64,000 nucleotides of DNA. Origin: an uncultured Bacteroidales bacterium. Lineage in GTDB: Bacteria; Bacteroidota; Bacteroidia; Bacteroidales; UBA10428. The DNA lies in contig CAWEGX010000019.1 of the NCBI GenBank assembly GCA_963808745.1, positions 10,212 to 74,211 of the forward strand, read 5' to 3'. A program made the position numbers and the translations under genes. Below are positions 51,279-60,985 of the stretch, in pieces (positions within the stretch are counted from its first letter, which is position 1; the number at the start of each line of letters is the position of its first letter). The notes beneath the pieces are model-generated. The model was given only the letters and a program-made list of their open reading frames with translations, did no database searches and was not told the origin of the DNA.

Positions 51279-52589
51279 ATGTCATTGAGAATTGCACATA
51301 TCATTCCGGGCTCGGGCGGGAGCTTTTATTGCGGCAATTGCCTGCGCGACAGCAAGTATTTTGATGCCCTTCGCAAAATGGGACATGACGTGATAAAAAT
51401 TCCCATGTACCTGCCCATTTTTTCCGATGAACATGATTTGAGCGATGTTCCCGTATTTTACGGGGCCGTAAGCATCTACCTCAAACAGTTAATGCCGCTA
51501 TTCAGAAAAGCCCCGAAATGGGTTGACTCACTGCTGAATTCAAAACCGATGCTGAAATATGCCGCTTCCAAGGCAGGCAGTACAAGGGCAAAAGGATTGG
51601 AGGAGATGACCATTTCCATGCTCCAGGGGGATAAAGGCAAACAGCACGAAGAGCTGGAACGGATGACCGATTGGATGAAAGATCACTTCAAACCCGATGT
51701 GGTGCACCTTTCCAATGCACTGCTCCTGGGACTTGCTCCAAAACTGAAGGAGAAACTGAAGGTACCTGTTGTATGTTCCCTGCAGGATGAAGATGTATGG
51801 GTTGACATCATGAGCGATCGGAACAGGAAAAAAGTCTGGGACCTGATGGCCGAAAACGCTGAATATATCGACCGTTTCATATCTGTGAGCCGGTATTATG
51901 CCGATATTTCTGTCGGAAAAATGAGCATATCCCCTGATAAAATAACCACCATCCATATAGGTGTGGATCCCTCTGATTACGATTACCGGAACTCAAGGGA
52001 AAAGGCACGGGCAATTGGTTATATTTCCAGGATGTGCTATGAAAACGGACTTGACATACTGGTAGATGCCTTCATCCTGTTAAAAAAACAAAAGGCATTT
52101 GACGATCTCAAGCTCATTATTACGGGAGGCCAGACAGGGGATGACAAACCCTACCTGAAACTCATCAGAAAAAAGCTGGACAGGAATGGACTGCTTTCTT
52201 CGGTGGATTTTCATAAAGATTTTGAAGGTTGCGGCAGAAAAGCATTTTTCTCGAAAGCGTCTGTAATTTCAGTTCCTGTGCGAAATGGCGAGGCCTTTGG
52301 CATATATATAGCCGAATCGCTGGCATCGGGAATTCCGGTCGTGCAGCCCGCCCTGGGTGCATTCCCCGAAGTACTGGCCACCACCGGGGGTGGAATTATT
52401 TACGGGGAAAACAATCCCGAAGCGCTCTCATCAGCCCTGAAGCAGCTTCTGGACGATCCTGTGGGACTAATGCATCTAAGTGAAGAAGCCCGGAAAGGAG
52501 CCGAACAGCACCTGAGTATAAATGAACTGGCCAAAGAACTTATTAAAGTGTATACCGGAGTAATCTCCTTAAAAACCCGTACCCATTAA
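51279..52589 (+). CDS. glycosyltransferase family 4 (GT-B, group 1)
   Basis: EAFGIYIAESLASGIPVVQPALGAFPEVL, the canonical GT1/GT4 E(x7)E region. N-terminal SGGSFYCGNCLRD. Confidence 0.75.
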   Translation: MSLRIAHIIPGSGGSFYCGNCLRDSKYFDALRKMGHDVIKIPMYLPIFSDEHDLSDVPVFYGAVSIYLKQLMPLFRKAPKWVDSLLNSKPMLKYAASKAGSTRAKGLEEMTISMLQGDKGKQHEELERMTDWMKDHFKPDVVHLSNALLLGLAPKLKEKLKVPVVCSLQDEDVWVDIMSDRNRKKVWDLMAENAEYIDRFISVSRYYADISVGKMSISPDKITTIHIGVDPSDYDYRNSREKARAIGYISRMCYENGLDILVDAFILLKKQKAFDDLKLIITGGQTGDDKPYLKLIRKKLDRNGLLSSVDFHKDFEGCGRKAFFSKASVISVPVRNGEAFGIYIAESLASGIPVVQPALGAFPEVLATTGGGIIYGENNPEALSSALKQLLDDPVGLMHLSEEARKGAEQHLSINELAKELIKVYTGVISLKTRTH

Positions 52590-52679
52590 TCACAATTAAA
52601 ATTTATAAACATGAAAAGCTACTCTATTATCAATTCTGATTTGTATTATTTATTTTCAAAATATATCAAACCCCTTAAA

Positions 52680-53936
52680 ATGGGATTTCCGGGAAAACTA
52701 TTGTTTTTCCTGTGCCTTCATGTTTCCGGCATTGCCACCGTTTATTGCCAGGAAAATCAAAACTGGTATGGTTTTCACGGATCGGACCGGCAAAACAAAT
52801 CAGCTGAAACGGGACTTTTGGATGCCTGGCCGGAATCCGGACCCCCGCTGGCTTGGAAAGTAAATGGGATCGGAGAGGGGTACAGTTCAGTAGCAATTGC
52901 TGATGGCTTATTGTACACATCAGGGAAATCTGATAATCAGACCTATGTATATGCTTTTGACCTGAACGGAAAACCGGTATGGAAGAAACCAAACGGTGCA
53001 GCCTGGGATGTACAGGTAGCATGGGCAAACACTTACAATGGGTCCCGAAGCACACCAACTTATGATAATGGGGTAATCTATCATCTGAGTGAAGCAGGCA
53101 GGCTTTCAGCCTATAAATCGAAAACCGGTGAATTAATATGGGCAAGAGAGCTTACCAGGGACTTTCAGGCAGAAATACCCATGTATGGATTTTCTGAATC
53201 TGTGCTTATTGATGGCAATAATCTTTATGTGAGACCGGCAGGCAAAATTGCGCATCAGGTATGCCTGAATAAGAAGACGGGAGAAACCGTCTGGGCCAAT
53301 AATGAAATTCCGGGAACCTGCGGGTACAATTCACTTATAATTAAAGACTTCGGTGGATTTCGCCAGATAATCGGGGCCAGCTCAAACTGCTTTTACAGTG
53401 TTGACGTCAAAACAGGAAAGCTCCTCTGGAAATTTGATTATGAGAACAGGCACAGCCTTAATTGTGTAGATGCGATTACTTTCAATGAATATGTATTTAT
53501 AACAACTACAGGTAAAGGATGTACGCTCTTAAAAATGAAACCGCTCGGAGGAAAATTATCAGTTGAAACAGTATGGCAAAATGACCAGGTTATGGACAAC
53601 TATCACGGTGGAATTTTGCTTCACAACGGATATGTTTATGGCGCGGGAAACACTACCCGAAGCTGGTTTTGTATAGAATTTCTCACCGGAAAGCAGATGT
53701 GGAAATCACCCGGAATGGGATCTTTGACATTTGCGGATGGTATGGTATATCTGTACGATGAAAAAGGCACGATGAAACTTGTAAAAGCCTCAGCTGACAG
53801 TTTTGAAAAAACGGGTGAGTTCAAAGTGCCTTCCGTTGGAAAGGGGCCATATTGGGCGCATCCCGTGGTTTGTGCAGGAAGACTGTATCTGCGTCACAAT
53901 GACGGGATCTTTGCCTATGACCTGGGAAAAAAATAA
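52680..53936 (+). CDS. PQQ-like beta-propeller repeat protein P7, secreted
   Basis: Signal peptide MGFPGKLLFFLCLHVSGIATVYCQ. NWYGFHGSDRQNKSAETGLLDAWPESGPPLAW. Blades YSVDVKTGKLLW and FCIEFLTGKQMW. C-terminal YWAHPVVCAGRLYLRH is shared with P1. Confidence 0.8.
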   Translation: MGFPGKLLFFLCLHVSGIATVYCQENQNWYGFHGSDRQNKSAETGLLDAWPESGPPLAWKVNGIGEGYSSVAIADGLLYTSGKSDNQTYVYAFDLNGKPVWKKPNGAAWDVQVAWANTYNGSRSTPTYDNGVIYHLSEAGRLSAYKSKTGELIWARELTRDFQAEIPMYGFSESVLIDGNNLYVRPAGKIAHQVCLNKKTGETVWANNEIPGTCGYNSLIIKDFGGFRQIIGASSNCFYSVDVKTGKLLWKFDYENRHSLNCVDAITFNEYVFITTTGKGCTLLKMKPLGGKLSVETVWQNDQVMDNYHGGILLHNGYVYGAGNTTRSWFCIEFLTGKQMWKSPGMGSLTFADGMVYLYDEKGTMKLVKASADSFEKTGEFKVPSVGKGPYWAHPVVCAGRLYLRHNDGIFAYDLGKK

Positions 53937-53964
53937 TTCATTAATTATCGGTGACCCCGGGAGG

Positions 53965-56900
53965 CTATTCGCCTCTCAGGGATGAAATTAAAGGTTTTTT
54001 CAGAGCAGCTTTCAGCGGAAAGTAAATCCACAATAATCCGCTGAGAAATATAACTGTTGTTAACATGATTAAAAACCCACCCTGTACTTTAAAAGAGGGA
54101 GAAAGCAGGGACGGTAAAATACCAACAAGGGCTGTCATCAATCCGGTAAAGAATCCTGTGGCGAGCAGGCAGAAATTTTCAGTAAATACAATTCTGAATA
54201 CCTGTTTTCTGCTATAGCCCAATGAAATCATCAATGCAAGTTCCTGCCTCCGCTCATAAATATTGCGCAACAGGATAATGCCTAATCCAATGGTTCCTAT
54301 AATAAAACCAAGTCCGCTTAAAGCCATGAATACAGTAAGATAAGTATTTTCCACGCTGTTGAAAGTGGCGAGCCGCTTACTGGAAGGTGTTACTTCTATG
54401 CCATAATCGACAAGGCTTTGAGATAATATTTCGCTGATCAGGGCAAGCTTTTCTACAGGGGCATCGGCCAGTATGATCCTGGAACCACCCGAGGATGGAA
54501 ATTGCTTTCTGAAAATCTTATCCGATAAAAGGATGTTGCCCTGGAAAACCGAATTGCTGAGGGAACCTGCCAGTACGAGCCGGAATGCTTTCCCCGACTC
54601 GCTGAGATAAACCAGGGTGTCGCCCAGCTTCCTTTTAAGGCTATACTGAATGACAGTCTGGTCGGCATAAGCCGGATAAGTACTGTCGTTAAATGCTTTT
54701 TCAAGTTCTTTCCACGGGTGTTCACTTGAAATTCCGGGAAGTAACTTTACAAATGAAAATGCTTTCACAGAATCGAAAACTCCGGGGTTCACCGCCAATA
54801 ACCGGGGCCGCTGTGCCTGGTTAAGGTTGAGGCAGCTGGCATCATCGCCCTCCAGTCTGTCAAATTGCAGGAAACGCACTCCATCGAGGTCACGGATGCT
54901 TTCTGTGATCAGGCGGTCCTTGCCGTCCCTGCTGTTCAGGTTAAAGGGTACCGGACTGGTTGTTTCCGCCCACAGCACGTAACCCCCTGTACCTGAATTT
55001 CTGAGATTCTCCGTTCCGTAAAAAGTCCTGTGGTAAGCCCCGGTAAGCGCGATCGTAAAAGTCCCCAGAGCCAGCAAGGCTATCACAGACAGGCTCCTGC
55101 CCGGGTTTCGCTGAAGGTTTCTGACAGCCAGCTTTCCGATTGAGGGGATTGTATCCTTTGATGCGGATTTGATGCTCCTGAGTATGCCGTTCGCAAGGAA
55201 TAAACTGCCACCAAGAAACAGGGCTGCCGAGGACAGGTACAGTAATGCATCATCAAATCCGGCAAAAATAACTGAGTATAGTGCGAGGAATAAGGAAAGC
55301 GTCAAAAGCACATACCCCTGTATAATAGATTTGCTTTTAGCACCCGGCACCGGCGAACCGGCCCTTGTATAATCCCGCAATTGTCCGGCAACCGGTCGCT
55401 TCAGTCTACGGGAGGTAACCCGGTATACGGGGAGTATTGCGATCAATATGCTGATAACAATGCCTGAAAGCAGGCTTGTGAATCTGATGTGCACCAGCAG
55501 CATATCCGTGCGGACTATGTCATTCCATACCGTATTCAGTCCTGCAATCAGGGCATAATTATAAAGTATGCCCAGCAATGAACCGGCAACGCTTCCCAAT
55601 AATAATACCATTGATGTTTCAGCAAACCTAAGCCTGATGACCAGTTTTGGGCTGAATCCAAGTCCGCTCAGTAAGGCAGTTTCGGCAGAACGCCTGCTGA
55701 AATGCAGGGAATAGATGAGTACTGTCAGCAATACTCCCGCAAGGATTACAAAAAAGCTCAGGCCCAGGAAAAGTTCCGTAAAATCGATTGCATTTTTTGC
55801 GGCCAGTTCGCCCTCATACCGTACATCAATCACTTGTAAGCCAATGTCTGATGGGCTGATCCTTTGAAGTAAAACAGCCTCCAGCTTTTTTTCATCAGCC
55901 TGTGTCTCGTTAAAACGAATGGCAGTAAGGGCTCCAAACGGATTCTTCCAGAGTTTCTTACCTGTTTCCAATGACAGCATCACCTTGGGTGTGCCCCTGT
56001 AATCATCCCAGTATTTCTCATCCTTGTCGCGGATGCGTTTCAGATCGATGGGAACACCCGCATCCCAGTCGCGGCAGTTGCCGGCCTCCGATAGTCCCTG
56101 GAATCCCGGCATCAGCGTACTGTCAATATGATTAGTTGTATTATCCGTAATATATTTGATTTGAAAACTGTGGCTTGTTTCACGGAGTTCACGCAAGGTC
56201 CCGATTTCATAAAATGACAGTTTCACCGAGTCCCCTACCCTTGCCCCGAGGTCTTCGGCAGTCCACCTGTTCAGGATGACCTCACCTTCATTCAGGTTTT
56301 TGCCTGAAATGGAAGGAGAAACGGCGGAGGCAAATGAATAGGGTGTATGTTTCGTATTGAAACCGATATCATTAACCATGTAGGAAATTACCTCCTCATG
56401 GGGCAATCCGGCATGTACGATCACCCGTTGCACAGCGGTATCAATAAATACGCGGTTGGAGATAAGGTCGAAAATTCCCCCTTCCTGCCGTTTTACAACC
56501 GACAGGCCCAGATCTTTCAGCGACCAGTTCGATTGCACTGAGTCTTCGATGGCAGAGGATGTATATTTCCCTTGTTCCCCGGCAACCAGGATGGTATTCG
56601 ATAATCCACCCAGATCCAGCTTCCTTCCCAGAAAGCGGATCGATACAAAAACGTTGCAGACCTCGGATTGATCATTGCCCAGGTTAAGTCTTCCAAGTTG
56701 GTCATCGGTGGCAATGGCCCTTATCTTAAGCCTTAAAGCGACAGACGGAGCCGGTTCACGGGCAAAAGGGGCATTGACCGGAATAAGATTCACACTTTCA
56801 ACCCTCACCAGCAATTCATCTCCGACCTTCAAATGCAGCCTGTCGGCAATGTTCCGGCTAATCACAGCCTCATCATCAGCAGGAACAGGAAAGGCTGTCC

Positions 56901-57258
56901 CGGAAATACCCGTAAAGGAGCTGTCAATGCCAATAACACCTGCCCTGTTAATCCGTGTACCCGAATCGGGGTGGATAACAATTCCCCGAAGCATGAGCAA
57001 GGGTGAGACAGGTACCTTTAAAGCCTGTTCCAGCCTGCCGGCCAGACTGGTTTCCATGAATCGGGAACCACCTGTAACGGCAAAGCGGGTTTTCCCAAGC
57101 CGGGTATCCACCATACGGTTAAGGCTGAAGCTGATGGAATCACCCACAATCAGGGCGCCGGTGAGTACGGCAGCGCTCACGGCCATGCCGGAGAACAGCG
57201 CCAGGTGCTGCTTGCGGTAGTGGATAATACTTCGTAATATGAATTTAAAAATATTCAT
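53965..57258 (-). CDS. large ABC-transporter permease with two FtsX domains (MacB-like)
   Basis: Start MNIFKFILRSIIHYRKQHLALFSG. Two 4-TM FtsX-type blocks separated by large extracytoplasmic domains. Last gene of an operon with an ABC ATPase. Confidence 0.75.
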   Translation of the reverse strand: MNIFKFILRSIIHYRKQHLALFSGMAVSAAVLTGALIVGDSISFSLNRMVDTRLGKTRFAVTGGSRFMETSLAGRLEQALKVPVSPLLMLRGIVIHPDSGTRINRAGVIGIDSSFTGISGTAFPVPADDEAVISRNIADRLHLKVGDELLVRVESVNLIPVNAPFAREPAPSVALRLKIRAIATDDQLGRLNLGNDQSEVCNVFVSIRFLGRKLDLGGLSNTILVAGEQGKYTSSAIEDSVQSNWSLKDLGLSVVKRQEGGIFDLISNRVFIDTAVQRVIVHAGLPHEEVISYMVNDIGFNTKHTPYSFASAVSPSISGKNLNEGEVILNRWTAEDLGARVGDSVKLSFYEIGTLRELRETSHSFQIKYITDNTTNHIDSTLMPGFQGLSEAGNCRDWDAGVPIDLKRIRDKDEKYWDDYRGTPKVMLSLETGKKLWKNPFGALTAIRFNETQADEKKLEAVLLQRISPSDIGLQVIDVRYEGELAAKNAIDFTELFLGLSFFVILAGVLLTVLIYSLHFSRRSAETALLSGLGFSPKLVIRLRFAETSMVLLLGSVAGSLLGILYNYALIAGLNTVWNDIVRTDMLLVHIRFTSLLSGIVISILIAILPVYRVTSRRLKRPVAGQLRDYTRAGSPVPGAKSKSIIQGYVLLTLSLFLALYSVIFAGFDDALLYLSSAALFLGGSLFLANGILRSIKSASKDTIPSIGKLAVRNLQRNPGRSLSVIALLALGTFTIALTGAYHRTFYGTENLRNSGTGGYVLWAETTSPVPFNLNSRDGKDRLITESIRDLDGVRFLQFDRLEGDDASCLNLNQAQRPRLLAVNPGVFDSVKAFSFVKLLPGISSEHPWKELEKAFNDSTYPAYADQTVIQYSLKRKLGDTLVYLSESGKAFRLVLAGSLSNSVFQGNILLSDKIFRKQFPSSGGSRIILADAPVEKLALISEILSQSLVDYGIEVTPSSKRLATFNSVENTYLTVFMALSGLGFIIGTIGLGIILLRNIYERRQELALMISLGYSRKQVFRIVFTENFCLLATGFFTGLMTALVGILPSLLSPSFKVQGGFLIMLTTVIFLSGLLWIYFPLKAALKKPLISSLRGE

Positions 57259-57271
57259 TTTGTCTTTAGCC

Positions 57272-58309
57272 TTACAATATCCAGTTAAATACATAACCTA
57301 CCAGTAAGATACCGGTAAAGACGGTCCCTGCAAAAATAAGGATCAATCTTGCCGATAAAACCTTTTTGAGCATGATGAATTCGGGCAAGGACAATCCCGC
57401 CACTGCCATGGTAAAGGCCAGTGCAGTGCCCAGTGGCATACCCTTGTCAACCAAAGCAAAAGCGACAGGGGCTACCGAGGCCGAGCAGGCGTAAAGCGGA
57501 ATGCCCGTCAACACTGCCAGGGGCAAGCTATACCAGGTGTCCTTGCCTAAAACACGGCTCAGAAAATCATCAGGAACATAACCATGTATGGCAGCACCGA
57601 CAACAATTCCGGCAAGGACATAAATCCAGGTGCGGGCCAGGACCTCCCTGACTGCACCGATAGCGCCTGAAACCCTGTCTTCGAGGTTAACAGGCGGATG
57701 CCGGGGCGTTTTCTCGTTTCTGAAGTTCAGCAACCAGTCAGGCAGGTATTTCTCCAGCTGCAATCGGCCAATGATGAACCCGGCAGCAATGGCAACCGTA
57801 AGTCCGGCCATCAGGTAAACCAGGGCAACTTTCAGGCCGAATAACCCGGCAAGCATCGCCAGAATAACTTCATTGACGAGCGGGGAAGCTATCAAAAAAG
57901 AGAAAGTAATTCCAAGGGGGATTCCGGTTTCCAGAAAACCGATAAACATGGGTATTGCAGAACATGAACAGAATGGTGTGAGAATGCCAAATAAGCCGGC
58001 CAGAATATTTGCCGGAAGCGCATGCATTGACCTCAGGCGATTACGTATTTTATGTACCGGCACCCAGGAGCGCACAAGGGCCATCAAAAATATGATCAGG
58101 ACCAGCAGCAGGTATATTTTAAGAAAAGTTGATAAGAAAAATACGAGAGCCTTCGATACACTTGCACCATGAGTTAATGACAGGAGCCGATAGATAAACC
58201 ATATGGCAATCCTTTCCTTAAAATAAAACAGGATCAGCCAGCATGGAAACAGGAGAAGGACAGCATTCAGACTGCCGGTGGTAAAACGCTGTTTTACGCT
58301 GTTCAACAT
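57272..58309 (-). CDS. UPF0718/ArsP-type permease (Cys-motif membrane transporter)
   Basis: GILTPFCSCSAIPMFIGF and a second-half motif LYACSASVAP. About 8-10 TM segments. Confidence 0.65.
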   Translation of the reverse strand: MLNSVKQRFTTGSLNAVLLLFPCWLILFYFKERIAIWFIYRLLSLTHGASVSKALVFFLSTFLKIYLLLVLIIFLMALVRSWVPVHKIRNRLRSMHALPANILAGLFGILTPFCSCSAIPMFIGFLETGIPLGITFSFLIASPLVNEVILAMLAGLFGLKVALVYLMAGLTVAIAAGFIIGRLQLEKYLPDWLLNFRNEKTPRHPPVNLEDRVSGAIGAVREVLARTWIYVLAGIVVGAAIHGYVPDDFLSRVLGKDTWYSLPLAVLTGIPLYACSASVAPVAFALVDKGMPLGTALAFTMAVAGLSLPEFIMLKKVLSARLILIFAGTVFTGILLVGYVFNWIL

Positions 58310-58977
58310 TAATTCACTTTAATTTTACCATTGATGAGCTTATAGATACATTCCATCCGGCCGGCCAGGTCGGTTGAATGGGTGACCGCAACCAGGGTAA
58401 ACGGATGGGTACGCCTGAGCTGCAAAAGCATGTCAGTTAATTTTTCCGCTGAGTCATGATCAAGGGAGCCGGTAGGTTCGTCAGCCAGGAGCAATTGGGG
58501 TTCGTTAATAAGAGCCCGGATCACAGCAATGCGCTGGCATTCGCCAACGGACAATTCACCGGGAAAACGATGGGTTTTATCAGCCAGGCCGACGGAATCA
58601 AACAAGCTGAAGGCCCTTTCAGGTGCATTTCTCTGCCGGTTCTTTTCCTGAGGCAGAACGGGGAGCAGCACATTTTCCATGGCGGTAAGCTGGGGCAGCA
58701 GGAGGTGGGTTTGAAAAACAAAACCTATTTTTTTATTACGCAGCGTAACCAGCTCTCCGGAGGCTAATGAGGTGGTTGAAATTCCATCGAGCAAAACTTC
58801 CCCGCCTGAGGGAAAATCCAGCGTCCCTAAAAGATTCAGAAGGGTACTTTTACCCGAGCCTGAAGGACCGACCACAGCAACAGAGCTGCCTTCGGCTATT
58901 TCAAACGAAATGTCATCCAGCACCGGTACCGGATTACCATTATATCGTTTGGTAATTTTATGCAATTCAATGCGCAT
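58309..58977 (-). CDS. ABC transporter ATP-binding protein (MacB/LolD-type)
   Basis: Walker A GPSGSGKST, signature LSVGECQR, Walker B LLLADEPTGSLD. Confidence 0.9.
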   Translation of the reverse strand: MRIELHKITKRYNGNPVPVLDDISFEIAEGSSVAVVGPSGSGKSTLLNLLGTLDFPSGGEVLLDGISTTSLASGELVTLRNKKIGFVFQTHLLLPQLTAMENVLLPVLPQEKNRQRNAPERAFSLFDSVGLADKTHRFPGELSVGECQRIAVIRALINEPQLLLADEPTGSLDHDSAEKLTDMLLQLRRTHPFTLVAVTHSTDLAGRMECIYKLINGKIKVN

Positions 58978-59322
58978 ATTTTTAAAAAGTCTCTGTTTAA
59001 AAGATTTTTAATAATACAACAATATTAAGCAATATTTTCCATCCCGGATAAAGTACTACTGTTCAATTCTTTCGTGTTAATCCCCTGTTTTTTCTTTTTC
59101 GCGCATGGTACCAGCGTTCATATAATTAATGTCATACATATTTGCACTCAAAATGGCATTGAGCCTATAACATGCATAAAAATGCAGTGATGGTCAAATA
59201 CGTGCACACCTTTATTTTTTAGCAGGTTATTTGAAAATCATAGGTATTGCTTTGAAATTTGTTAAAAGAATCTGTACAAAAAGTATTCCTTTATAACTTT
59301 AAAACTGTAAACACCCTATCTC

Positions 59323-60081
59323 ATGAAAAAGGCGCTGTTCCTTCTTATTTTTTCAAGTCTCGCGCATCTCTCCTATTCACAAAATGCAGACAGTACAAGG
59401 GTACCCGCCCATTTTGGAGGTGCAGTAACATTGACCACAAAGGGAATCTCCATAATACCCAACTTAACACTGGGAAAACCAGCTGCCATATTTGATCTGT
59501 CAATGGGGAGAAGGTTAAGTTTTGAACCTCAATTCCGGTTTTCACTGGAAGGAAAACCCTGGTCCTTTATTTTCTGGTTCCGTTATGAAGTGGTAAACAG
59601 TAAAAAATTTCAGCTTAAAATCGGTGCCCATCCTGCTTTTGCTTTTAAAACTATTCCCTATGAAACCGATGGAACTTCACAGGATATCATAAGAACACAG
59701 CGATATCTGGCCGGAGATTTAGTTCCCACATTAAACCTGACAAAAAGCATCAGCACTGGTTTTTATTATTTGTATTCGCGTGGTATTGACGAAGATATAA
59801 TAAGGAATACAAACTATCTTGCTTATAGAATCAATTTTTCCAATATTAAACTCGGTGACAAAGTTTTTATGAGGTTCAATCCGCAGGTCTATTATCTGAA
59901 TATGGACAAAGATGGCGGGTTTTATTTTAACGCAACATTAACGCTGGCTATGCGGAATTTCCCGCTTTCAGTTTCGTCACTCATTAACCAAACCATTAAA
60001 ACCGACATTCCCATTGGTGAGGACTTTCTGTGGAATGTGAGCCTGATTTATACTTTCAATAAAAAATACAGGGAAATATAG
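59323..60081 (+). CDS. hypothetical secreted protein (possible outer-membrane beta-barrel)
   Basis: Signal peptide MKKALFLLIFSSLAHLSYSQ. Alternating hydrophobic pattern. No family recognised. Confidence 0.35.
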   Translation: MKKALFLLIFSSLAHLSYSQNADSTRVPAHFGGAVTLTTKGISIIPNLTLGKPAAIFDLSMGRRLSFEPQFRFSLEGKPWSFIFWFRYEVVNSKKFQLKIGAHPAFAFKTIPYETDGTSQDIIRTQRYLAGDLVPTLNLTKSISTGFYYLYSRGIDEDIIRNTNYLAYRINFSNIKLGDKVFMRFNPQVYYLNMDKDGGFYFNATLTLAMRNFPLSVSSLINQTIKTDIPIGEDFLWNVSLIYTFNKKYREI

Positions 60082-60210
60082 CAGATTTTCAGGGTTCGAT
60101 ATTACGTCGCGCTTAAAATCCGCAAATATGCTAATGATAACCTGAATAAAACAGAGGTCTGGATAAAAGAATTACCCCCAGGCCATGGAAAAAAGTACAG
60201 GATTATAAAA

Positions 60211-60967
60211 TCAAACAGATGCCAGGCTGAACGGAAGCTTTCTGATCCGTTTTCCGGTGAGGTCATAAACCGCATTCGCCAGGGCCGGGGCCAACGGTGG
60301 CAGGCCCGGCTCTCCCACTCCACCGGCATCAAAATCATTATCCATTATATGAATTTCAACCTGGGGCATATCCGTTATTCGCGGCATCAAATAGGTGTTG
60401 AAATTATGCTGAACTGCCATTCCATCTTTGAAAGTAATTTCATGTATGGTGGCTGCTCCGATTGCCATAAGGATGGAACCTTCCACCTGGGCTTTTATGA
60501 TATCCGGATTGAGCATAGCATTCTGTTTTCGGGACATCCCATTTCCTGCCTGCAGATTCAACAAGCATTTCACGGGCTGTTGCGCCCAGTTTTAACAAAT
60601 TCTTGTATGATCCGCGCACTGTTGAGCTTCCACCTGTTACCTGGCTCCCGTATACCTCTCTTTTACCCTGCGCAAACAGAATGTTTACCGAATCCAGGTT
60701 AACTTCCAGCTCTTCGGCAATAATCTGGGGAATGGCCTGATAAACTCCCTGTCCCATTTCAGCGCGGTGACTGAAAAGGGTGACCTTGCCCGAAGTGTCG
60801 ATATGTACCCAGGAATTCAATTCGATCCCATACATGTCTGCTTCAGTCTTTTTAACAATGGCAGCCTTCATTGCACTGGCGGGAAAATAAAAGCCTAATG
60901 TGAGTGCGGATCCTGCAATGCTTGAAATATTAAGGAAATTCCTTCGGGATAGAGTCTCAGTTTTCAT
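60211..60967 (-). pseudogene. remnant of xanthine-dehydrogenase-family molybdopterin subunit (IorB-like) with large internal deletion
   Basis: Tat-like N-terminus SRRNFLNISSIAGSALTLG...GQGVYQAIPQIIAEELEV...VTGGSSTV is joined near 60500-60525, with a frame change, to the extreme C-terminus NPDIIKAQVEGSILMAIG...GVGEPGLPPLAPALANAVYDLTGKRIRKLP. About 250 aa remain, whereas I would expect several hundred more. Confidence 0.65.
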
Positions 60968-60985
60968 CGCTTTTTACCGGTATAA

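Noticed and set aside
34379-53936. A multiheme-cytochrome extracellular electron conduit
   Set aside because: I scanned all cluster proteins for CxxCH and found none. The only near-match (CVGTACH) is the NuoE [2Fe-2S] motif.
34379-53936. Genuine PQQ-dependent dehydrogenases
   Set aside because: Most paralogs are ~360-480 aa, shorter than the 8-bladed quinoprotein dehydrogenases. No pqqABCDE genes are in the window. The family motif matches the non-catalytic PQQ_2/BamB-like type. Cofactor binding cannot be excluded without structural analysis.
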